A stretch of 64,000 bases of DNA from Amphiscolops sp. MND2022 (lineage: Eukaryota). Below are positions 39,081 through 52,654 of the stretch, piece after piece. The notes below the pieces were generated by a model. The model saw only the letters and a program-made list of their open reading frames with translations. It ran no database searches and was not told where the DNA came from. A program made the position numbers and the translations under genes. The stretch lies in contig OZ076419.1 in assembly GCA_964187785.1 (NCBI GenBank), positions 25,234,001 through 25,298,000 of the forward strand, in the 5' to 3' direction. How positions within the stretch are numbered: position 1 is the first letter of the stretch; each line of letters opens with the position of its first letter.

Positions 39081-42000
39081 GTAAGATTCATATGATCTCA
39101 TTCCAATGCATTTTCATGCATTAACTCTTTCTAAATTACTCATTCATAACTCGTGCAATAACATTTTCTATTAGCAATACTTGCGTATTTTCTTGTTACA
39201 TGTATTTAAATTTTAAAATATTGAAAATCGTGAAAATGATCAAAAAAATTGTCAAATTGCCATTCTTTTCAACCATTTTTAGAAACTTTTGGCGCAAAAT
39301 TTGAAAAATTGTCGAGTTGTTTAACAGCCAGCTTTTTTAATCCATGACAGTTTAGATGAAATATTGTAAATGCTGCGTTGCAAATTGAACTAGAAAAAAC
39401 AGGCGTGATCTAAAATTCAATTCAACATGCTGCAGGAAATACAAAGTTGATAGTTACGGATGTTGAAATTGAAATTTTTGAAAATTTAGCATGCATGGAA
39501 ATCCGGATATGTAAAGATTTCACAGTACATGTGAAGATTTTAATTTGACAAGCCGACACCTGCGCTCATTTCCATTTGTGTGGAGCTTATTCATGCTAAT
39601 CTAAGCAATGAAACATTTTATATGAACAATTCTATCAATAATGAAAAGATTTTAAATCGCGCTTATAAAATTCTTGTGAAACAATGCCTTTCGGCACTGT
39701 TTGTATACACTCGAATCAAATGAGCTTTCCGCCGCGAACACCGGTATTGAAAAAAACCTTGTTAAAATGGGCCGTTCTAACAGGATAATACAAAGGATTC
39801 AATATAAAGCAGTGAGAAATACTCCCTTTTTTAATTAATTGCTACGCTTTCGCCCGCCGTTTTAGATTACTGCAATTTCAAATTAACAACAATAGCAACT
39901 AAGCTGGCCCCTGATCACGGTCCTAGCAATTATCCGTGTTATAAACTCGGCATTTAAATTATTCCAAATTGGTGAAAGCCAATAACTATTAATTGCATTT
40001 TATGTATGGCAATTTCGCCAGAACGCCCTAATTACATTTGATTTGTCATAACTTATTGTAAATATATAGATAATTACAAATGGTACATTTTTTGTTTCGA
40101 TATAGGGAAAAAGTCGCAATAATTTTCAAAAGTCGCAACCAGTCTTTTCAAAAGTCGCAATAATTCTTTTGTCTAGAGTAGCAGTGATTTCGGGGTGTCT
40201 CAACCGCAGGTTGACCCTTGCATGTAACATACAAACATATGGGGCGCAGATGATTTTACCGAGTGCTAAACCTAAGAAGGTTGAAAGTTGTGGTTTGAAT
40301 TGGCGCTACTGGACTTGTTTATTTTAATTTGACTGTTCCACAAGCCGCGTGAACCAATCTCAATTTAATCAGTCGCGAAACTCAAGATAGTCTTTCGAGG
40401 GCCAATTTATTTCAAAATAGTGCTCCTTCTTTGTTTACAAAGTAAATGCTTCTGACACAAAGAAGCTAATTATTTGCAAGATTACCAAATTGGGAAGTTT
40501 TGTTTGTTCGGTCAAGAAGACAAAAGGATCCTCATCAAAAATTGAAAAAAAAAAACGTTTCAGTTGTAATTTTGTACAATTTGATAAGCTTGCATGGTTT
40601 TAAAGAAAATTAGCTAAATAATCTCGGAAATACGGAAAAACATCGACTTTTCATGAAAAACCATTTTACATTCCACGATGAATCAAAAATATCTCATAGG
40701 TTGTAAAAATCAAGTTTTGGTTTTCAATTCTGATGTTAGGCGCTGAAGATTCAAAAGGTAGTTTTTTCAATTCGCAGTTGATAGTCAATAATTTTTATCT
40801 TTGTCATTTCAAAAAGTTAACTCGTTTTGACATTTTTATGCGTATTGGCTTGCAAACTGGTGTTCATGATGGAAATAAATTACTTGATATTTTGGCAGTA
40901 ATAGTTTTGGGTCGTGACCTGATTAGTAACCCAGTTTAATTATTAATTCGTAACGAAAATAATATTTCTATTATTTGTAAATTATGCTATCATGGTTTTG
41001 TCTAGTAGCAATAAAGACAGCATGGAATTGGCCAATTCCTGCTGGTTAATAATTGCTAACTAGATTAACCATGATTAAATGATCGGATTAATTATCTATC
41101 CAAGAGCGTCCGAAATTACTTGACCGGTTTTCTTGATACTACATGTTGAGCCAAATTGCCACCATTCAAAAGCGAATCAATCGATACGTGTTTAATCAAA
41201 AAATTGTTTTTTTTTAAAAAAAAAAGATTTTACATGTTTCAGATACTCCAAACTAAGTTTTTTTTAAAAAAATCGAGAACACCTCAATTCATAATTCCCG
41301 CAATTTAGTATTTTTAAATTTTTTGAGCTCGTTCTGACATTGTTCCAAACTTTCTATGTAATAAGTAAAAGAGCATCCGAACGCATTTTTTCCACAAATT
41401 ATTGCTCGCTTTTTATTTGCTGTTTTTTTCAATGACGTCACAGTTTTTCGAGCGGAATAAAACCTATGCTTTTCTCTGCTTTCATTTTCATTGGAGAAAG
41501 TTAATGTTTGAAAAAATATATTAAAAATTATAAAATTAATGAATTTTGGTCAAATATCTATAAAGCAGTCTTTTTGGTGCCATTAAGATAATATTTTTTG
41601 CCTTTTCAACATTCCGCGTTTCGCGTCTTCCTTATAATCCAATTCAGTTTTATCACTACAGTTTTTGAATAATACAAAAATATATTTTGGAATTATGCGG
41701 TATTATAATGCACAGTATAAATAGAGGTCCTTATAAGCTGAAGTTAAACTAGCTTAAGATGATAAATTGATTGGTGGGAACGTTGCTTACTAGCAATCAA
41801 GTTAGGGGACAGGTATATAATCACATGATGGGGCTGTCAAAGCTTCATACCCTAGAGAAATGGAAAACGGAAGGGGACTAGCACCTGGAAATATAACGGC
41901 CTGGTCATTGAGCATCTAATTACCAGTTGTTTGCACCCTCCTTGCACGGTCCCCTTTCCGGACCTGTTTTTTCAGTACATCCTACTGGCTCGTCCATCCC

Positions 42001-42864
42001 CCATCCCCTCACATCCGGCGCGTTGCGTAATGATACAATCGATTGCGTTGTCAAGTTTATCAGACTTATATTAATTATAAACATTTGGTTCTCGCGTTGT
42101 TTCTCCATCTACTGAAGTCGCAATTTGCACTCATTTGATGTCTTAATGTATTTTTCGAATAAGCACACGGAAAATAAAGTTCGGCTGCTTTTGTTTGTAA
42201 ATGAATATTTTTTCAAGTCAAAATTCCAAAGCTAACGATAAAAAAATTACCGATGTAAAATGCCTACAAACAATGAATATATTTTTTGAACTAAAGTTTC
42301 ATTGAAAAAATTCAATTTGGTTTCTCAAGGTTGATCGTTTCCAGAAACATCGAAATGTTTTTAAAAAAATCATTTTTTTTCATTGTGTTACGTCAAACAA
42401 GTTATCAAATTTCAGTAATCAATTGTTGGTCATTCACTTTTTCTCATTAATCGTTATTATAAGTTGGTTGATTAACTTCTAAAGTTTCACGGCTGTTTTG
42501 TGTTTCAGATGAATGGTGGTATGAATTTTGGCTTCGTTTCACGTCCCAAAGCAGTGCATGGATGTTGCTCTAGACGCTCCTGAGTTCCCTGAAACTGTTC
42601 ACGCATGTGCACGTACTAGACGCATTAGAAGCCGACAACAGCTTTGTTTCGTGGCCTTTTCACAACAGATTGCAGTTTGCTCTTTCACCTAAACCTTGGG
42701 TTTCACTTTTTTTCGGTCTGCTGTCTCATTCGTTGCGCGACAAAACGGCGACACTCTTATTGGACGACGACAAGTTTTGGTTCGGAAGACCGCGGCCGAC
42801 GACCAAGTCCGAACTCTACGAAGACTATTTCGTGCAACAGCGGGGGGCACCATCTCATCATTCG

Positions 42865-43004
42865 ATGAACTCGATTATTCACAATAGTAATATTACCAAT
42901 AACAATAATATTAATAATAACAATTACAGTAATAATTGCAGCAGCATTATTAGTGGCATTTCCTCCTCAGCTTCTTCGCCCTTACTACACGATTCGACAT
43001 TATA
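42865..43004 (+). CDS. pknox: Pknox/Prep, putative first coding exon portion (MNSIIHNSN..., Asn/Ser-rich)
   Basis: First in-frame ATG. Strong donor TATA|GTAAGT at 43005, phase 2. Upstream acceptor TTTCAG at 42508. Confidence 0.5.
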
Positions 43005-43410
43005 GTAAGTTCTCCGTCACACGAACAGACGAAAATAACCAATTTTTTTTGGTTAAAAAACGAAAGATGTTTTTTTTTCAGATTAGATCGAAAAACCTGG
43101 ATCTGCAATTAAAAAATTGCCTTCATGTATGAATTTGAGTGTGATCTAAAATTTTTACTCCAAATTCGAGCATTTTCTCTATATCTAATGTTATCTTTTT
43201 TTCAGTCTTTTTTTCGACTGAGTCGTTTTCCCATACAAGTGTCAAAGTTTGCCCCATAAAGATTTCGCATTTCGAAGAGCTGAACTGTTGATGCATGATT
43301 TGAAAAAAAACGTTCGGGAAACGTTTTCAATTTATATATTTTTCGATTTACATCGATTGAATTTTTTTCTTATCCATTGACGATGGAGAACTTACTGCAT
43401 GGTTGTTTAG

Positions 43411-43571
43411 TACAACAAAAATGATGCATACAATTTCGCATCAGCCTTATGCAGCAAATCAGGTCTCGGTGGGCAGCCACATGTTGGCCGGTTCTCAACA
43501 TCATCACATGACGTCACCGCTTACGTCACACGTCGGGGCATCTAACGGGGCTGTCGGTCCCGGTCCCACAG
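43411..43571 (+). CDS. pknox: Pknox/Prep, putative coding exon (His/Gly-rich)
   Basis: Acceptor GTTTAG at 43410. The exon converts phase 2 to phase 1, as needed to join its neighbours. The best donor is non-canonical CAG|GCACGC. Confidence 0.45.
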
Positions 43572-44007
43572 GCACGCATTCTCAAAAACAACTGAAAATC
43601 TGAAAAACAACGCGAAAAATCTCAAAATTTCCAATATTCACTAATGAATAAATATATTGCAATGGTATTCATTTTCCGGCCAAAATGTGCAATTTTTGAA
43701 CGCGGATCCATAAAATGAGGTTTGAAAAAGAGTTATCGTCATATTTTTTTTTGCAAAAAATGGTTTCTTTCAAAATTTTATTGTTTTATTGAAATTTCAT
43801 TTTCATTTTGTTGGGATTTCAGTATCCAAAATTGCAATCATTGTAAATTATAACCAAGGTTTTCAATCAAAACGATCGATTCTCTCAAATTGTTTTAATC
43901 CACCATTATGGTCATTACAACACAGTATTTAGCATCAATTCATGGTTATAGTAGTATTGGTTGTGAGTAGTTTTCTAATTTGAGCATGCGTGTGTGTCAC
44001 CCCTCAG

Positions 44008-44252
44008 GTGCGTCGGGTCTTGGGGGATACCAACAAACGACCCCTCCTCATCATCTCAACACTGCCCCGACGATTCAGTCGCAGCTTCAGCCGCCTCCTC
44101 CTCCTCCTCCTCCGAACACAGGGTGTAGTCTTAGTAATAACAATTCAACCACCTCTATCAAAATCAATACCAACTCTCCGCCCCTTACCAACAGCCTTCT
44201 AACCACAGTCAACTTACAGCAGCAACAAAACTCTGCAGTAACGTCCCAATCG
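44008..44252 (+). CDS. pknox: Pknox/Prep coding exon (poly-Pro, Asn/Gln-rich)
   Basis: Acceptor CCCCTCAG, donor TCG|GTAAAT. Open frame, and its phase-0 end matches the next exon. Confidence 0.7.
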
Positions 44253-44626
44253 GTAAATTTTACTCAATTTTGCACCAAGTTTTGTAATTTGCTCATTTGA
44301 GCAAACTGAAAAGATTAAGCGGTGCTTGGCAAGCAGAAAGAACTGAAAGATATTCGAGTTGTTTTTTCGTTTTGAAAAAAAGGGGGGGTCGTTCGTTAGA
44401 TTTTGTGTTATATTCGCCTTTTTTGTCAAAAATCGTGGAGTTTTTGCTCGTTTTTGGTTACATGGTCGTATCTTCAATGAATCAATCATATGCTTCAAGC
44501 TTCAAATCACTATATGTTTAGGACAACATCTAAAATTAAAGTTTGAAGAATCAACTTTCAAAACTTATGACCTTTTAAACACCACCCCCCCCCAAAGTAC
44601 AGGTCTGATGTGAAGTTTACCCACAG

Positions 44627-44847
44627 GTGCAACAGCAACAAGTTGGGGCCACAATAGGTAGTAGCCAACACACACCCTTATCAAACCACAGCACGCCCTC
44701 TGCCGGCGGGGGCGGGGCCGGTAGCACAGGGGACCAGCAGCAACAACAGCACATAGCGGCAGCGAACACGCCACTCACAACAGGGGGCTCCTCGCTCGGG
44801 GTCACCGATCATCAACAGTTCGAGAACGACAAAAAAGTTATTTTCAA
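44627..44847 (+). CDS. pknox: Pknox/Prep coding exon ending at the start of the MEIS/HR1 domain (QFENDKKVIF)
   Basis: Acceptor CCACAG, donor AA|GTAAGT. Phase 2 joins 55049 to give DKKVIFNHPLFPLL, compared with PKNOX DKQAIYRHPLFPLL. Confidence 0.88.
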
Positions 44848-45363
44848 GTAAGTTCATTTTTTTTCAATTTTTCATCTCCTAGTTTTCCGTCTCTAATATA
44901 TTCTAACAGGGCTGTTATATTATACAGTTTTTTTTCATTTTATATAATTAAACACGTCTTTTCGAAAAAAAGTTTTTTTGTTTTTTATTGTTTTTTCATC
45001 TGATTTATGATATATCAAACACATTTTCAATTAAATTTTTTCAAATTTCTTGAAGAATCACACTCTTGATTAGTTCTCGGTACAGAAAACTCAGTTTGCC
45101 AGCTTTCTCGACCCCGAACTGCGTGCGTAGCGACCCATATGTGAATTCCATCGTCAAAAATTGGCGCTCCAACCCGCCTGAACTGCAAACATAACATGCC
45201 GAAAAAGGTGGTTCCTTTGCTTGAAAAAAAAACAATGTGTTTTTCAAAAGTGTTTTGAACAGTTTTTTCAAGCTTATTTAAAACAACTTGTTTTAAACAT
45301 AACAACCTTGTATTCTAATATATATTCTAATATCTCTGATATATATTATCTCTAGGAGACGGA

Positions 45364-45480
45364 ATCTTGACTTTTTATCAATCGAAGATGAGAAAGCTTC
45401 CCTAATGAAATTGACTAACTATAGTTAGTCCGTTTCATTATGGAAGTTTTTTTTCATCTTCGATTGAAAAAAGTCAAGAT
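45364..45480. repeat. 117-bp near-perfect palindrome without spacer (intronic hairpin)
   Basis: Arms ATCTTGACTTTT...GACTAACTA and TAGTTAGTC...AAAAGTCAAGAT pair with only a few mismatches or bulges. The centre lies at 45421/45422. Confidence 0.9.
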
Positions 45481-48400
45481 GATAGAAGTTTTCATAGAAC
45501 TATTTTGTGTTGGAGTGCTTCTCCAGTGTTCAGTAAGTTCTCCAATTTTTCAACAACTTCAACAATATTTTGCGATGTTTTCCTTAGCTATTTAGTTTAG
45601 TTCACTGGAAGTTTTACCCCTATTTTGTTTTTGAGTAAAGGATTGGAAAGCCAGTCGAACAACCGACTGAGTAATTACATTTAAATCTATATTTAGGGAA
45701 AGATCGTTTTTTTTAAAAAAAGTATTCCAAGACTCCAGAATTTTGGATCCGTTTCACTGAATTTGGATCCGTCTCAAGATACTTTTTGAAATTAAAAAAC
45801 AGAATATTCAGACTGGAAAAGAGCGTGAAACACCCGGTGTGCTTTTGCGATTTTTGATGAAACCGATCCGCATAATTGACATTGGCTCCTGTATCCAGAA
45901 TTTCCCCTCTTCCGAGTGCACATCGCGCGAAGTTGAGTCCTTTGTAATTTCCCCTCACAGTTGTGTCTAAACGCTGTCAGAGTTGCTCTTGTTGAGTTCA
46001 AACTCCGCGTCAAAAGTGTTTTCTTTGATGCTCGGGTCAATATGTCTCTAAACACGTGCGCTTGGTTTCATCTTGCTCACGCCTTTCCAGAGGACTACGA
46101 GACTAAGACGCCATGATTTTCAAAAGCCACCGTCAAGTGATGTCTGAAACTTCCGATCAAGTAATAATTAAACGCGGTTGAACCTCAATTAAAAACAAAA
46201 AAACACTTTTTGCTATTTTTGACCACAAAATACCGCAAATTAAATTTTCATCAACGTTGAATTCTCTTGGTTTCTCAATTTGACGTCAAAAATTATAAAA
46301 AAACTGTTCTTTTTGTTAGTTATTTATAAATGAAGTGGGTTATAAATTATGGCGGTATAAACGAGAGATGTTTTGCGTGGTCCTGTATGATTCACATGGT
46401 TTTGTTTTCTATAGTTGGCGTAGTTTTATGTATCCATTTTTGCATCGTTCGAGACAAATGTCGAGACATTAGAGGGGAAATTTCAGTCCAACAGTCGCCG
46501 ACACCTAGCGACAGTTTTTGCCACACGCATGGGACTGCAATAAATTGACAGGTGCTTTTGTGTTTTGAAACGTAATTCTTTTCCCAGGGTGTGAAATAAA
46601 GTATCGTTCACATTTCATTTTTCATTTGTTATTGCCTCCGAGCTGAGGAGACCGGGGCGCAAACAAAAAGTGACATTTTCTCAGAATGACATCTTTTTTT
46701 ATCACATGTCCACTACTCGGTCTTACATGTTTTCCATTTTCAAGGCATCGTTTCTGCAAATACTACATCAGGTTTTTGATGTTTATATGATTGCGGAAAA
46801 CGCAGGAAAAATAGAGAAAAAACGCTTTTGTGTGTTTCAAGTGAAAAAGAGAGGTTTTTGCTGTAGTGTTTTTGTTAGTGTTGTTTATGTTTTTGCCTCT
46901 TGTTTTTCTTTTGTGTGCTCTCCATTTTGCTTTTTGGCGTTTTTTGTAGCTGTTGTTGAGGAATGGGGATTGCTTGGGCAAAAGTTGAAAGACATTTTCA
47001 TTAGCAGAAGAACCCTTGAGTTAATTTCCTCATTTGATTTTTCATCGGGAGTGGCATGTTTAATGGCAATTGAGGCAAATGCATGTGTTACTTTAAATGC
47101 TTGGCCATGTCTTGTTAAGTTGTGCTTTTATCAAGTGTTTATTTTTCAGCAATGGGAAAATGTGTGCAATTAAAATGTTGAATTTCATCTAAAATGTGTT
47201 TAAATTAGGCCCATTAGCTCAAAAACGCTGAAAAACTCTTGTGGCGTGCCAAGTGGGCATTTCCACGTGAAGCAAGCAAAATTAATTCACGTTGCAAGCA
47301 AGGCTTTTAGTTCGGTTGAGCGCCATTAAATCTCTTGTCGCGTGCCGCTCACACTTCGTTCACACTTCAATCATGTGTCTTATCAAAACGCTGACGATTA
47401 ATAAGACCAAAATTGAATTTATTCACCGCTTTTTATCTAACTCTAAATACTTCCATACCCAACGTGTCGTAGCTCTGCCCAACCGCCGCATTTTCCTCAC
47501 AATTCTCACTTTCCCGCTTTTACCCGCGCTTTCCTTCTTTGCTCTCTGAGCCAAGCTTGTATGGACAGGGGACGTCATCTTGTCTAAGGAAAGCTCCCGA
47601 ATTGAAGTGGACAAGCAAAACACAACACTCAACAAAGAAAAATTAAATAAACAAAACAACAAAAAACAAAGACATCAATGAACAAAAACACCACCTAGTG
47701 CTTTGCCTCCAAGGCGAAATAAAAGATTTGGGGGTGGTTTTATTGCGTTTTTTTCTCAAGAATGTAGGGTGCTGAATTGAAAATAAAAGCATTTTTTGGG
47801 TTTCAAAGATGAATTTAAGGCATGAAGGTTTGCTGTAGTGGTCAGTCATTAGATCAAGTGATATTTTTTGACGTGAAAGTGATGGAGTATTTCTTGGGAA
47901 AAGGAGGGGGTAATTTTGTGTTGTATTGCTTCGGAGGGTGTTGTTACTTGTTGAGTGAAGAAAATGCGTTTTGTATTAAGCTGTGTAATTTAAGGAAAAT
48001 CAGATTGTGAGGAAGCGAAGGAAGCAATATTTTTGCATATTTTACAAGACCTCTAATGACATTTTCACGTCTTTTTCTGAGCTAATTAATCGACACTTTT
48101 CTTCAACCAAGACAATATATTGATGCTTTCAATCCATATGCCCTGACATTAATGACATTTATGGCATTTAATTGTAATGGGCCAGGGCGCGCCCAACCTA
48201 CGTGATCGTCCCCATGAGCTCCTGTCCAACCCCTATCTACATACCCCGATGTTACCCTTCACACTCCCCAGAGAAAAATATAAAATGCTGTAAGGTGTTT
48301 GCTGCTTGGATTATCTTTCGTCCCTCCTGATAAATTGCTGTTTTCTCCGAGATACACAATCGGTTGTTACAATTATGATTAAGCTCACAAGCAGAATTTT

Positions 48401-49695
48401 TAGTCACCCCTCTAAATACTTTTTAAAAGGAAAATGATGACTTGGCAAATTTTAAAATGCAGTTGAATCGTCAATGATTAAAAGCAATTCCGATGTTAAC
48501 ATCAATGTTACTTTCATTTAAACAGTGTCTCCATTTCCGTATGACGTTGAAGACTGTTTTTTTAAATCAGTTGAAAATCTTTTTTTAAAAAATCTGAACT
48601 CTTGGTGAAATTTGACTCATGATAGTGAAAGATAACTTGGTGTCATTGTGGGGTCAAAAGATAGGGGCAATTGGCGCCGATTGTGAAAAAAATGAATGTT
48701 GTGATTTTTTGTTGGCATTTGGAAGTTTGTATGACCACTATATTGCGTAGACATGAATTAGGGGAATTGTACTAAATGGATGGTGGTAATTATTGAATTA
48801 TGGTTATTATTATTGTTGTTAGCTGCTGTTTTTGTTATTATTTGTGGCTCAGTCTAATTTGCGCTACTGTAACGTTGTCATTTGCGTGAGAGCTGCAAGC
48901 AAGTTGCCATGCTGTATTTAAGAGTCTCTCATAGCGTAGCAACTGTTCTTTAAACCGCGTCCAGTCCGCCATGTGTAAACTTTTTTCTAAATGTGTTTTT
49001 ATCGCATCACTAATTTTTCAATTTTAACGTGACACTACAAACATATTAGCCGTCCTTACTCCAGTAACGAGTTATTATATTACTAGTTATGTACATACTT
49101 AGTTATAATAGTACTAATACATATGAGGAGAAACAGCGATGCCAGCGTTGCCATTTCAAATAGAGCAATCTGAAAAATCTTATCCATCCACAGTTGTATT
49201 TTACAACACTGGCATTGCATTTTGCCATCTATCATTTTTGTAGAATATATTTTCATGTGAACTCTCAACTCTTGCCAAAAGCGAGTCTCTTCCTCCTCCG
49301 CTTCGAATCTGTTTCACTTGAAAATGTACAGCTGGAGTGTGAAAACATTCCAAGTGCTTCTTGTTCACTAACTGTCCAAGCGTGAACTACTCAACTAATA
49401 CGCGAGTCGTGGCACTTGTTCATAGTGCGACTTGATAGAAAACTTGATCGCATCGCTTTTTTCACACCGCCGGCCGCTAATGCCGATGCCACTCGTGACG
49501 ACACAAGCAGAAAACAACAACCAGGAATAATGAATCGCCGCCATCAGTGCATCAACTAGCCAGCCGCCATCTATGATTTATTTTTATGTGTCAGACAAAC
49601 ATTTGTAAACAGTCAGTTAACAGAGGCAAATAAACTTTTGTCACATTCCCACAACCTTTTGTAGCTTTTTAATAAGTGATAACTGCTGGTAAACC

Positions 49696-50147
49696 GGTGT
49701 CAGGACATTTCATCCTATGCACTTTCAACCTATGCACTTTCAACCGTTGCCATTTCAACCGCTCACAATTTCAACCTATTGCATTTTCAACCGTTCGCAA
49801 TTTCGACCTAAACTAATTTTAGGTAATGGATCCTAATTAGTTACATAATTATTTTGGTGGTTTTAACTTTCATACATTTCTAAATTCAAATGTGCTAATT
49901 TTTACGCCAGTTTCGATACGTTTTGGCTAATTCATGAATAATTACAAATAATTAAGGCTGTTTGATTCATTAGTAATTATTACACTGAAAGAATAGCTCA
50001 ACCGAATTATGACTAAATAGCCAAAATTAGTTTAGGTTGAAATGGCGGACGGTTGAAAATGCAATAGGTTGAAATTGTGAACGGTTGAAATGGCAACGGT
50101 TGAAAGTGCATAGGTTGAAATTGCATAGGACGAAATGTCATGTAACC
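49696..50147. mobile_element. Foldback-type MITE with 125-bp TIRs and an 8-bp TSD
   Basis: TIRs at 49696-49820 and 50023-50147 are built of TTTCAACC subrepeats. GGTAAACC is duplicated at 49688-49695 and 50148-50155. The non-coding spacer is about 200 bp. Confidence 0.9.
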
Positions 50148-52654
50148 GGTAAACCAATTGCTCAAACTTCAATCATGAATTTTGACATACTAAGAATATG
50201 AAAACAGTTGACTTCAGGATCATGCATGATGCCTCGATTTTCCTACAAGTTTTCATGCATTCTTTGCTTGTTCCGGAGAAACTGCATGTTGCCCGACTCG
50301 ATGTTTTCGGTGCAAAGCAAACCTTTGATGTGATGATTTCCATATGTTGATTTTGGATATAAAACTTTCCTGTCTTTTGAAATGGGCCAGCTTTTTTTAT
50401 ATGGATTTGCTTGAAATCTTTCTGCGTTATGATTTTTTGTACGCATTTATTGAAGTTTCATTTTCGAATTTTGCCTCGAAAAATTACACTTTCAGTTTGT
50501 TTCAACTACTTCATCCAGCTATGCTGAATCTATATCTGGTTGAATTTAAAAATATTGGATTTTTGAGAATGAATGATGTCTATTTTTTATTTCTTTCTAA
50601 GTTGTTTTCAGATTTTCATTTCAAGCAACTGAACTTCCCTTTGTGCTCTCATTTTTAGTCCAATTCGACCTTTTTTAAGTTGAAGCAATTTGATATTCGT
50701 GTAACAAGAACATAGCTTGATCAATGGATGTCGTATTAATACATGACCAACCTACTTCTACTTTTAAAATGACCGCAACTTGGTTAATTCACATTCTTTT
50801 TTACTGCTTTCCTTTGAATTTGCTCCATTTTTGTGTCAAAAATCAATAAACATGATTCACTATGACCGACAAATTTTTCGTTTTTTTTCGCTTTCCATTT
50901 TGGCCCCCCATACGTGGTAATTGAAAACAAGCTTGAATGAACTATACACCATTAATCAATAATAATTACGGCTGCTGATGGTTTGGCAAGCCTTCAACAA
51001 ATTGGACGGACTTTTATTAAGTAATGTCTGATCTGATTACGTCTAGGTAAACGATAAGTCATAAATTGTTTTTAAAATAGCTTTCGCTCCACTAAACCGC
51101 CCAAACTGAATTATGCTCAATAATCTCTCAGACTTCTTCTTCAGCATTTGGCACATGTTGATCAACTTTCGTTTCACGTTTTATGCTTTTTCGATTAACT
51201 TTTTGAAGTTTTTCAATGGCCTAAGTGTTTAACGTGCGTTTTATAATGGCTGTCCATTTCAGCAGTTTGACAGGACTTATAACTTGTGTTATTAAATCAA
51301 TTACTTTTTTGAGTATCGCCGCAAGCAATCCGATCACATAAAATCTAATTAGTCCTATGCCATGTTTTAGTCTGACAGTAGTTTGGTCTTTCTTTTTTAC
51401 TCCACCGGCTCGCTTGTTTTCATTCTGCGATTCTGAAATTTTCTTCTAGCCGACGAAGTGAAACCATGTGATTGAATTTTGTTTTCATTTCTCGTTTTTA
51501 TTTCACGTGCTCTTTGCCAAAGCAATGCCATTAAAAAGATAAACATTTAGGTTGTTCAGGAAAAATGGGTGGCGCTTTCAATGTATGTTTCTTGAATTCA
51601 TTTCACACTTTTCTGACACGTTTTTGGAACGCTTCGTTGCTCACAAGAGGCACATTAAACACGCGTTCTAAAAAGCGTGTCTTGAACATCAATAAATTAG
51701 TAGCATACTCTGTGTGTTGGTTTTCCCGTGCTCCTTTTTCGGAAAAAATCTGCTGGAAGTTCTGTCATTGTCTTCACTCGATGCGCTGTTGAATATTTCC
51801 CAGGAAAGCATGTTACTAAAATATTGAATAATTATTTTTAAAATTTTATCCTTTTCTCTTATAATTCACAAAATTTGTTCAAGTTTTTGATTCGAAGACT
51901 CTTAAGCTTTATTTCGGCATTGAAGGTGATGAGTTTTTAAATTTCGTTCTGAAGACCAACATTTGTTTTTTTAGAGAAACCTTATTTATTAAGCATTTTT
52001 AATATTTGTTTCTTTTTGGAAAGTTGTGTCTTCAGAATTTAATGAAATTTTGCGATAGGAAATGAGAATTTTTGTAGGAATTCTGTCTGTCCTGGCGAAT
52101 TGGTGAATGTGTCAATACATTAAGCATACTTTCATTAGATGCAAGATAAATTTTGTGAGAAAGGAGTTTAGTTTAATTTTAATAATTTGACAAGTTATGC
52201 AGGCTCTATGTCTACGGATTAGAGATGAATATGTTTGAAAAGGCTGGGCCGGTAGACAGAAATCTTGAAGATTAGATTTTGGGTTAGGTATTCTGCTACG
52301 ATGAGTATTGTTCTGGCGACGAGGCATTATCAAACCATTGATGGGGCCAAACTTATTCAGACTACATCAATATACTTGAACTTTGCAGAACGCCAGTTTG
52401 ACATATGTTCTATGTACAAATTGATGCCTGTCCTTGTTTGCATGTCTTTATATCCGCGGATGAGCGACGTCGTACTGTATGTCTAAGAGCTATGTCTCAT
52501 TCACAGTTAATGACACAGGCATTATCGGTACACTTACCATTTACCATTCTTCACACCCACAAATACCTAAACTCGGCCAACTTATTACGTCACACAACCT
52601 CCCCCAACCCAAACCCCCCGCCTTTAAGTATTCGAACCCAGGCACCAAACACAT

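Noticed and set aside
49696-50147. CRISPR-like or satellite array
   Set aside because: The units have no unique spacers and are arranged as terminal inverted repeats with a TSD in a eukaryotic intron. The same reasoning applies to the GGGTCCCC subrepeats.
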